Source: an uncultured Actinomycetes bacterium (GTDB lineage Bacteria; Actinomycetota; Actinomycetes; S36-B12; CAIYMF01). Taken from it: a stretch of 32,000 bases of DNA. Position numbers and translations under genes: made by a program. This document shows positions 24,029-31,244 of this stretch, one piece after another. The notes beneath the pieces are model-generated. The model made no database searches and was not told the origin of the DNA. It saw nothing but the letters and a program-made list of their open reading frames with translations. The stretch is from positions 1,350,001 to 1,382,000 of the forward strand of contig CAWJMG010000003.1 in the NCBI GenBank assembly GCA_963843975.1. Reading direction: 5' to 3'. Within the stretch, counting starts at the first letter, position 1. Each line of letters begins with the position of its first letter.

Positions 24029-24822
24029 GGATCTGGCACCAGAGCTTCACGGTGCTCGACGACGTCCCACACTACCGGGACGCGATGGCGCGGCACCTCG
24101 CCATCGTCGTGGGCGACGGCACCGAGATCGACTTCCACGGGATGGCGCCGGGCACGTACCCGTCCGACTACCCGGGCGTGCACATCGGCTACGCCTATCT
24201 CGCCGGGCTGCACAAGGAGCAGTTCGTCCGTGCCGCGCAGCGGGCCCAGGCCGAGGGCTACGACGCGTTCGTCATCGCCACGATCCCGGACACCGGGTTC
24301 GAGGAGTGCCGCAGCGTCGTCGACATCCCGGTGCTCGCGTTCGGCAACACCTCGATCGGGTTCGCCTCCCAGCTCGGCAGCCGGGTCGGCATCGTGCACT
24401 TCATCGGAGGCCTGCGCGACCAGATCCGGCGCAACGTCCGCAGCTACGGCTTCGGCGACCTCGTCGGCCCGATCGTGCAGGTGGACGCACGGTTTCACGA
24501 CATCATGTCGGCCTACGCCGAACCCGCGGGGCTGATCGCAGCGTTCGAGTCTGCGGCGCGGGTGGCCATCGCGGATGGGGCCGACGTGATCGTGCCGGGC
24601 GAGGGACCGCTCAACATCTTCTTGGCCGACCAGGGCGTGACCCGCGTGGACGATGTACCTGTCATCGACTCGCTCGGCGTGCTGCTGCAGTCGGCCGAGC
24701 TCCGGGCAAGCATCTACCGCCGCACAGCGTTGCGCCCTGCGCGCACAGGCTTCTTCCACGCGCAGCCGCCTGCCGAGGCGATCGCGGCGACGCGCGAGTT
24801 CTACCGGACTCTGCAGGCCTGA
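24025..24822 (+). CDS. Asp/Glu/hydantoin racemase superfamily protein lacking both canonical catalytic cysteines
   Basis: MRIWHQSFTVL..., EGYDAFVIATIPDTGF..DIPVLAF and GADVIVPGEGPLN...VPVIDS align to hydantoin racemase blocks (..YVIACFDDPGL.. and ..IVLGCAGMS..). Thr and Glu sit at the two Cys positions. ATGA overlap with the upstream stop. Confidence 0.75.
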   Translation: MRIWHQSFTVLDDVPHYRDAMARHLAIVVGDGTEIDFHGMAPGTYPSDYPGVHIGYAYLAGLHKEQFVRAAQRAQAEGYDAFVIATIPDTGFEECRSVVDIPVLAFGNTSIGFASQLGSRVGIVHFIGGLRDQIRRNVRSYGFGDLVGPIVQVDARFHDIMSAYAEPAGLIAAFESAARVAIADGADVIVPGEGPLNIFLADQGVTRVDDVPVIDSLGVLLQSAELRASIYRRTALRPARTGFFHAQPPAEAIAATREFYRTLQA

Positions 24823-24823
24823 C

Positions 24824-26188
24824 ATGTCGGTGGACGTCGACGTCGTCGTGGTGGGCGGTGGCGGGTGCGGCATGGTCGCGGCGCTGCGCGCCGCGCGCGC
24901 AGGGCTCACGGTCGCGGTGTTCGAGAAGAGCACGCAGCACGGATGCAACACCGAGGTGTCGAGCGGCAGCATCGCGGCGGCGGGCACCCGCTGGCAGCGC
25001 GCGGCCGGCATCGACGACTCGGTGCAGCGACAGGTGGACGACATCGTGCGCGAGAGCGAGGACGAGTCGACGCGCCGTCTGGTCGAGGCCGTGTGCGCCG
25101 TCGCGCCGCTCTACCTCGAGTGGCTGGCAGACGAGCTCGGACATCCCGTGGTGATCGGCGACGACATGCTCCGCCACGGCATGACCGCCCCCCGGCTGCA
25201 CACCGACACCGGGCGCGAGGGCGGCACACGCCTCGTACGGACGTTGCGGGACGCCATCGCCGCCGACGACCGGATCGCCTTCGTCGACAACACCCCCGGA
25301 CTCGGCCTCGTCGCGGACGACGCCGGTGCGGTGCTCGGAGTCGTGGTCGACCAGAACGGTGAGCGCGTGGAGGTGCTGGCGCACGCCGTCGTGCTCGCGT
25401 CGGACGGCTTCGCGGCCAACCAGGACCTGCTCGCAGAGTGGATCCCGGACACGGTCGAGGATGTGTTCCAGGGCGTCTCGACGTCGACCGGCGATGCCCT
25501 CGCGTGGGCGACCAGGCTCGGTGCCGCGACCCGGAACATGGGTTCGTTCCTCGGCAGCGGCATGGTCGTGCCCGGTCACGCGACCCGCGTGAACCCCGCG
25601 CTCCCCTTCTGGGGCGCGATGATCGTGGGCCTGGACGGGCTCCGCTTCCTCGAGGAGCACGACCATGGCTACTCCTCGTTGGGCGCGGTCCTTCGCGCTC
25701 TGCCGGACAGACGGGCCGTACTCGTCTGGGACGAGCAGCTGCACGGGCCGTCGCTGCGCTCCGAGCTCATGCGCGAGTCCGAGCGTGCCGGCGCCTTCCG
25801 CCGGTACGACGACGCCGCATCTCTGTGCGCCGCTCTGGGGATCGACGGCGAGGCCCTCGCCGGCACGCTCGCCGGCTTCGAGGGCCTCGACGAGCGCACG
25901 GGCGACCGACGTCCGCTGGAAGCGCCGTACTACGCGGCCTTCCTGACCAGCGGCATCCTCGCGACCCAGGGCGGACTCGACATCGACACGACCGGGCGGG
26001 TCCTGCGCGAGGACGGCAGCACCATCCCGGGCCTGTACGCCGGTGGCGGCACCGCCACGGGCATCTCCGGCCCAAGCTCGCGCGGCTACTCGTCGGGCAA
26101 CGGGCTCCTGGCGGCACTCGGCCTCGGCTGGATCATCGGCGAGCACCTCGGCGCGCTGCACGGCGCGCCCACGAACCATGCGGAGTGA
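24824..26188 (+). CDS. FAD-binding dehydrogenase/reductase (FAD_binding_2 family), copy 3
   Basis: DVVVVGGGGCGMVAALRAARAGLTVAVFEK...SSGSIAAAGT...GIDDS...ASDGF...PGLYAGGGTATG. ATG lies 1 nt after the upstream stop. Confidence 0.8.
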   Translation: MSVDVDVVVVGGGGCGMVAALRAARAGLTVAVFEKSTQHGCNTEVSSGSIAAAGTRWQRAAGIDDSVQRQVDDIVRESEDESTRRLVEAVCAVAPLYLEWLADELGHPVVIGDDMLRHGMTAPRLHTDTGREGGTRLVRTLRDAIAADDRIAFVDNTPGLGLVADDAGAVLGVVVDQNGERVEVLAHAVVLASDGFAANQDLLAEWIPDTVEDVFQGVSTSTGDALAWATRLGAATRNMGSFLGSGMVVPGHATRVNPALPFWGAMIVGLDGLRFLEEHDHGYSSLGAVLRALPDRRAVLVWDEQLHGPSLRSELMRESERAGAFRRYDDAASLCAALGIDGEALAGTLAGFEGLDERTGDRRPLEAPYYAAFLTSGILATQGGLDIDTTGRVLREDGSTIPGLYAGGGTATGISGPSSRGYSSGNGLLAALGLGWIIGEHLGALHGAPTNHAE

Positions 26189-27096
26189 CAGTGACCAGTG
26201 CGGACAGCACGGACCTCCCGATCCCGGCTCCCACTCTCCCTGGCCAGGGTTCGTGGACGGTCGGCTCGGTGCGGGTCACGCCGCTGTACGACGGGACGCT
26301 CCTCACGCCGCCCGAGCGGCTGTACGCCCTGGCGGACCACCACTACCCCGTCGTCGCCGACGCGCTCGGTCTCCGTGCGGACGACTGGCTCGACCATCAG
26401 TCCGCGCTGACCGACGGCTTCCTCGAGCTGACCTTCGGCGGCTACCTGGTGGAGACCGGGGACGGCCGCATCGTCCTCGTCGACGCGGGGCAGGGCCCGA
26501 CGGACTGGGCCCCCGCACCCGAGGTGGCTCCTCAGCACTACGGCCGCCTCCTGCACAGCATGCGCGACGCCGGCGTGGAGCCGGACGACATCACCGACGT
26601 CGTCATCACGCACCTGCACGCCGACCACGTCGGCTGGGCGGCAACGGACGGCGACCCGACCTTCGCAAACGCGACGTACCGCTGCCATGCCGACGACCTC
26701 GCCCTGTTCGTCCCCGGCGACCCCGTCGCGACCCGGGCGCTCACACCTGCACTCGGCCGCATCTCGCCGTGGACCGGCGCCGGACCACTGCTCGGTCCCC
26801 TGGGCGTCCGCCCGGCTCCCGGTCACACCCCGGGCACGACGGTCGTGACGGTCGAGTCCGAGGGCGAGCGGCTCTGGCTGCTCGGTGACGTCTACCACTC
26901 CGCACCCGAGCTGCTCGAGGCTGTCGGCTGGTGCGGCATGGGCGACCGGGACGCGATCGGTGCGTTCCGGACGCGACTCGCGGTCGCGGACGCGCTCGAG
27001 CACGCGGACATCGCGTTCGCCGCGGCCCACTTCCCCGGGATGCCTCGCCAGCGGCTGATCCGTTCCGACGGGCGTCGTACCCTCGTCGATATGTGA
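26185..27096 (+). CDS. MBL-fold metallo-hydrolase
   Basis: VVITHLHADHVGW (HxHxDH), GHTPG and VYHS. The GTG 26185 start overlaps the upstream stop (GTGA); GTG 26191 is the alternative. Confidence 0.85.
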   Translation: MTVTSADSTDLPIPAPTLPGQGSWTVGSVRVTPLYDGTLLTPPERLYALADHHYPVVADALGLRADDWLDHQSALTDGFLELTFGGYLVETGDGRIVLVDAGQGPTDWAPAPEVAPQHYGRLLHSMRDAGVEPDDITDVVITHLHADHVGWAATDGDPTFANATYRCHADDLALFVPGDPVATRALTPALGRISPWTGAGPLLGPLGVRPAPGHTPGTTVVTVESEGERLWLLGDVYHSAPELLEAVGWCGMGDRDAIGAFRTRLAVADALEHADIAFAAAHFPGMPRQRLIRSDGRRTLVDM

Positions 27097-27195
27097 GGCG
27101 GCTCCTTGCCAGTGCTCGGGCTCGGGAATGCGCCCGCACCGTCCTGCTGTTGCGCCGACAGGTGCCCGCGCGCGCGGGCCGAGGAGAGGCTGGCC

Positions 27196-27850
27196 ATGGC
27201 GGACGTGCTCAAGGTGGATGTGTGGTCCGACGTGGCCTGCCCGTGGTGCTACATCGGCAAGCGCCGCTTCGCCGAGGGCGTGCGCCGCTACACCGAGGCC
27301 GGCGGCGACCGCGTCGTCGAGGTCGAGTACCACTCCTTCGAGCTTCTCCCCCGACACCCCGGTGGACTTCGAGGGCGACGAGATCGACTTCCTCGCCAAG
27401 CACAAGCGCATGCCGGTCGAGCAGGTGCGCCAGCTCATCGGCCACGTGAAGCAGGTGGCCGCCGGCGAGGGCCTCGACTACGACTTCGAGGCGCTGCACC
27501 ACACCAAGACCCTCAAGGCGCACGAGCTTCTGCACCTCGCCAAGGCGAAGGGCAAGCAGGAGGAGATGAAGGAGCGGCTGCTCGCCGCCTACTTCGTCCA
27601 GGGCCGTCACGTCGGGCGCATCGAGGAGCTCGCCTCGCTGGCCGCAGACGTCGGCCTCGACCCCGTGGAGGTGACCGCCGATCTCGAGGCAGGCACCTAC
27701 GGGGACGCTGTGGCTGCCGACATCGCCCAGGGCCTCGCCTACGGCATCAACGGCGTCCCGTTCTACGTGATCGACGGCCGCTACGGCGTGAGCGGTGCGC
27801 AGAGCGCCGACCTGTTCGCCGAGGCGCTGGCGCAGGCGGCGGCGGAGTGA
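27196..27850 (+). pseudogene. DsbA-family thiol:disulfide oxidoreductase (FrnE-like), needing a +1 frame change at 27343-27352
   Basis: The N-terminus is in frame 1 (MADVLKVDVWSDVACPWCYIGKRRF...VEYHSFEL, with CPWC active site). The remainder is in frame 2 (SPDTPVDFEGDEIDFLAKHK...GINGVPFYVIDGRYGVSGAQ...). The junction lies at GAG CTT CTC CCC C, which includes a C5 run at 27348-27352. Confidence 0.85.
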
Positions 27851-27972
27851 CGACGCCGACCCCGTTCACGGTGCTGCCGGGCGCCGACGACGTGGCGTGC
27901 GTGGACGGCGTCTGCGCCGTGCCGACGCCGTCCGACATCGACCCCGCGACGGACGAACCGGCGCAGGACTAG
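27847..27972 (+). other. open 41-codon tail in frame 1 carrying a C-x4-C motif; possible displaced C-terminal tail of the FrnE-like protein or a coupled small ORF
   Basis: (V)TTPTPFTVLPGADDVACVDGVCAVPTPSDIDPATDEPAQD. The GTG overlaps the frame-2 stop (GTGA). ATG 27196 to stop 27972 is exactly 259 codons in frame 1. Confidence 0.35.
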
Positions 27973-29186
27973 CCGCCCGAGACCGACAGCTCGGCAGCGC
28001 TGATGTCGGCGAGGAAGCCCTCGAGGTCGTCCGGGTCGTCGAGCCAGCGGTCCGGCAGCGCGACGCGCTTGCCGGGCTGAGTGCGGCCGCGCGGACCCTC
28101 GCTGACCTCGCCGGGCCACGGCTGGTCGAGGTCCATCTGCGCGATGAAGCCGTCGATCTCCTCGAGCGTGTCCGCGAGCGCGAGCCCCTGACGGATCTCG
28201 CGGCGTACGACGAAACCCTTGAGATACCAGGCGATGTGCTTGCGGAAGTCGCGCGGGCCCTTGTCCTCGCCGAGCACCTCGGAGAGCAGCTGCGCGTGGT
28301 GGCGCATCACCGCGGACACCTCGCGGAGGCCGGGGTCGGCCGGCACCTCGCGACCGGTGAAGCTCGCGGCGAGCTGGCCGAACAACCACGGCCGCCCCAG
28401 GCAGCCACGCCCGACAACGATGCCGGCAGCGCCGGTCTGCTCGACCATGCGGCGCGCGTCGCTGTAGGTCCAGATGTCGCCGTTGCCCAGCACCGGGATG
28501 CCGAAGGGCTCGAGCTCCTCCACCAGTCGGGCGATCGCCGACCAGTCGGCGGTGCCGCCGTACAGCTGGCTCGCGGTGCGGCCGTGCAGGGCGACCCAGG
28601 CCGCACCCTCCTCAGCAGCGGCACGACCGGCCTCGAGGTAGGTGAGGTGGTCGTCGTCGACTCCCGTGCGCATCTTCACGGTGACGGGGACGGGCTCGCG
28701 CCCGACGGCTCGCGCGGCGTCCTCGGAAGCGGCCACGGCCTCGCGGACGATCGCGCGGAACAGGCCGCGCTTCCAGGGCAGCGCGCTGCCCCCGCCCTTG
28801 CGCGTGACCTTGGGCACGGGGCAGCCGAAGTTGAGGTCGACGTGGTCGGCGCGGTCCTCGGAGACGAGCAGCCGGACGGCGGCTGCGACCGTCGCCGGGT
28901 CGACGCCGTACAGCTGCACGCTGCGCGGCTGCTCGTCGGCGTCGGTCGCGATCATCTTCATGGTCTCGTCGTTGCGCTCGACGAGCGCACGGCTCGTGAT
29001 CATCTCGGTGACGTAGATGCCGGTCGCGGCGCCCTCCGTCGCGGCACGGGCCTGCTCACGGGCGAGGCGGCGGAACGCACGGTTGGTAATGCCGGCCATG
29101 GGTGCGAGCACGACAGGAACGCCACCGCGCGCGAGCAGCTCGTACCCCGGATGCGTCACCCGCCCATCATCCCCGACACCCCGCAT
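27969..29186 (-). CDS. dusB: tRNA-dihydrouridine synthase (DusB-like)
   Basis: VVLAPMAGITN, VDLNFGCPVPKV, VTVKMR, LHGRTA, GNGDI and GRGCLGRPW. The start is uncertain: ATG 29186, or GTG 29159. Confidence 0.88.
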   Translation of the reverse strand: MRGVGDDGRVTHPGYELLARGGVPVVLAPMAGITNRAFRRLAREQARAATEGAATGIYVTEMITSRALVERNDETMKMIATDADEQPRSVQLYGVDPATVAAAVRLLVSEDRADHVDLNFGCPVPKVTRKGGGSALPWKRGLFRAIVREAVAASEDAARAVGREPVPVTVKMRTGVDDDHLTYLEAGRAAAEEGAAWVALHGRTASQLYGGTADWSAIARLVEELEPFGIPVLGNGDIWTYSDARRMVEQTGAAGIVVGRGCLGRPWLFGQLAASFTGREVPADPGLREVSAVMRHHAQLLSEVLGEDKGPRDFRKHIAWYLKGFVVRREIRQGLALADTLEEIDGFIAQMDLDQPWPGEVSEGPRGRTQPGKRVALPDRWLDDPDDLEGFLADISAAELSVSGG

Positions 29187-29239
29187 GCGGCAGAAATCCG
29201 GAAGGCTGACGCAGCCTCCGGCAGCGGGGGCGGCGCGGC

Positions 29240-30220
29240 GTGCGTACGGTGTGGGGCGTGACCGAGCCGAAGCGTGGTTGGACCCCGGACGTGCTCCCCG
29301 GGTTCGAGCAGACCGTCCTTCCGATGCCGCCGTCCTGGGACGGGCCGGCCGAGACCGTGCTCGTACGCCGGACGACTCAGCTCACCAGCGGCGGCGCGGT
29401 GCTCTACGTGCACGGCTTCGGCGACTACTTCTTCCAGAGCCACCTCGCCGACTACTACGAGACGCAGGGGCTGCGCCTCTACGCCGTCGACCTGCGCCGG
29501 CACGGTCGCGCGCTCCTCGAGCACCAGCACCCGAACACCTGCCGCAGCATCGACGAGTACCTCGAGGACATCGACGCCGCGATCGAGGTGCTGGTGGGCG
29601 AGGAGGGCGTCACCTGGCTCCTCGTGAACGGCCACTCGACCGGCGGCCTCGCCGCCGCCATCCAGGCCCACCGCGGCCAGCAGAAGCGCGCGGTGGACGC
29701 CCTGTACCTCAACAGCCCGTTCCTCGACATGAACCTCCCCGCGTGGCAGGAGGCGCTGGTCGAGCCCTTCCTCGCCGCGATCGGCGGCGTCCTGCCCGGC
29801 CTCTCGCTGCCGAGCCTCGACCCGCTCTACGGCGAGAGCATCCACGACGGCGCGCGCGGCGCCTGGTCGTTCGACCTCGGCTGGAAGCCGCTCGCCGGCT
29901 TCCCCGCCACCGCCGGATGGATCCGTGCGATCCACCGCGCGCAGGCCGAGATCGAGGACGGCCTGTCGATCCAGGCCCCGGTGCTCGTCCTGCACGCGGC
30001 GCGCTCGCTGCACCCGAAGGGCTGGAGCGACGACATCCGTCGCGCCGACGTCGTGCTCGACGTCGACGACATCGCGCGCCTCGCACCCATGCTCGGCGCA
30101 CGCGTCGAGGTCGAGGCGGTGCCCGACGGCATCCACGACCTCGCCCTCGCCGAGGAGGGTCCGCGCGAGGAGGCCTTCCGCATGGTCACCGACTGGCTCA
30201 CCCGAGTCCGCCAGGTCTGA
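29240..30220 (+). CDS. alpha/beta hydrolase (lysophospholipase / monoacylglycerol-lipase-like, S33)
   Basis: VLYVHGFGDYFF, nucleophile elbow NGHSTGG and a late His (GIHDL). The start is ambiguous among GTG 29240, 29249 and 29258. Confidence 0.75.
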   Translation: MRTVWGVTEPKRGWTPDVLPGFEQTVLPMPPSWDGPAETVLVRRTTQLTSGGAVLYVHGFGDYFFQSHLADYYETQGLRLYAVDLRRHGRALLEHQHPNTCRSIDEYLEDIDAAIEVLVGEEGVTWLLVNGHSTGGLAAAIQAHRGQQKRAVDALYLNSPFLDMNLPAWQEALVEPFLAAIGGVLPGLSLPSLDPLYGESIHDGARGAWSFDLGWKPLAGFPATAGWIRAIHRAQAEIEDGLSIQAPVLVLHAARSLHPKGWSDDIRRADVVLDVDDIARLAPMLGARVEVEAVPDGIHDLALAEEGPREEAFRMVTDWLTRVRQV

Positions 30221-30226
30221 CCGGCG

Positions 30227-30556
30227 TCAGCCGTTCGACGACCGCTGCTGCTCGACGGCGTCGAAGAACCAGGCGGGGAGCATGCCCGTACGCCGCAGCG
30301 CGCTCGACTCGTCGGGCGTGAGCCGGGCGGCCGCCGCCTCGACGGCCGGGCCATAGGTCGCGCGCACCTGCGTCTGCCGGTCGCGCACCACGTCGCGACC
30401 CATCCCGCCGCTCAGCGCGCCGGCGATCGACCAGCCGCTGCCCTTGCTCCGTCGTTCGACCTCCGGCTCGGCCGCGAGCCAGGCCAGCCGGTCGTCGCCG
30501 AGGTCCGTCAGCGACACATCAGCCGGCAGGTACGGCGGCCACTTCGCCTTCTTCAT
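30227..30556 (-). CDS. hypothetical protein (109 aa)
   Basis: Only the last 109 codons of track ORF 30227..31885 have protein-like composition and very high third-position GC (MKKAKWPPYLPADVSLTDLGDDRLAWLAAEPE...LPAWFFDAVEQQ). I recognised no family. Confidence 0.5.
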   Translation of the reverse strand: MKKAKWPPYLPADVSLTDLGDDRLAWLAAEPEVERRSKGSGWSIAGALSGGMGRDVVRDRQTQVRATYGPAVEAAAARLTPDESSALRRTGMLPAWFFDAVEQQRSSNG

Positions 30557-30596
30557 CGACGCCACGCGCAGATTCTGGCACTGGCAGGCTGGCTCC

Positions 30597-31244
30597 ATGA
30601 CGCGCGTGCCCGAGGTCGACCATGTCGTGATGGGGGTCGCCGACCTCGACGAGGCAACGGCCTGGCTCGCCGACCAGGGGCTCACCGCGCTGCCCGGCGG
30701 CACGCACCCGCACTGGGGCACGGCCAACCGCATCGTGCCGCTGGGGTCGGCGTACCTCGAGCTCGTCGCGGTCGTCGATCCGGACGTGGCCGCGGGCAGC
30801 GCGTTCGGGTCGTGGGTCTCGGCCCAGGCGCGCGGCGACGCCGCGTGGGGCTGGGCGGTGCGGCCGCACGACATCGCAGCGACGTGCGAGCGCCTCGGCC
30901 TCGACCTCGTGCCCGGCAGCCGCGTGCGGCCCGACGGCGTCACGCTCTCGTGGCAGCTCGCGGGAGTGCCCGACGAGCGGTCCGACCGCTCGCTCCCCTT
31001 CTTCATCGCCTGGGGCGACGGCGTCCCGATGCCCGGTGAGGCGGCGGTGACGCACGACGCCGGGACGGTGAGGCTGCGCAGCGTCACGGTCGGTGGCGAG
31101 CCCGAGGTGCTCGGGCCCTGGCTGGGTGGCGCGATGGACGGCGTGGTCGTCACAGCCGGCCGCGCCGGCGTGCTCGCCGTCGTGCTCACGACGCCGTCCG
31201 ACGAGATCACCCTGCGTCCGCCGCTCACGGAGAGCCGCCCATGA
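30597..31244 (+). CDS. glyoxalase-like / VOC-family domain protein
   Basis: MTRVPEVDHVVMGVADLDEATAWLADQGL...GTANRIVPLGSAYLELVAV...LPFFIAW. The pattern resembles Glyoxalase_3-type proteins. Start at ATG 30597. Confidence 0.65.
   Translation: MTRVPEVDHVVMGVADLDEATAWLADQGLTALPGGTHPHWGTANRIVPLGSAYLELVAVVDPDVAAGSAFGSWVSAQARGDAAWGWAVRPHDIAATCERLGLDLVPGSRVRPDGVTLSWQLAGVPDERSDRSLPFFIAWGDGVPMPGEAAVTHDAGTVRLRSVTVGGEPEVLGPWLGGAMDGVVVTAGRAGVLAVVLTTPSDEITLRPPLTESRP

Noticed and set aside
18899-27096. Assigning the eight-gene operon to steroid catabolism (KstD-like enzymes next to Hsa-like genes) or to the nicotinate/maleamate branch (NicF plus NicE types)
   Set aside because: The FAD enzymes are shorter than typical KstD proteins and resemble fumarate reductase, urocanate reductase and TcuA more closely. 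I saw no KstR-type TnnAACnnGTTnnA boxes in the control regions I read. The isochorismatase-like and racemase-like proteins lack the catalytic cysteines those nicotinate-pathway enzymes need.
30576-30590. TGGCAC-TGGCA-GGCT, which resembles a sigma-54 -24/-12 promoter, in the 40-bp divergent spacer
   Set aside because: The -12 element (TTGC) is absent. Actinomycetota generally lack sigma-54. The resemblance comes from a CTGGCA direct repeat only.
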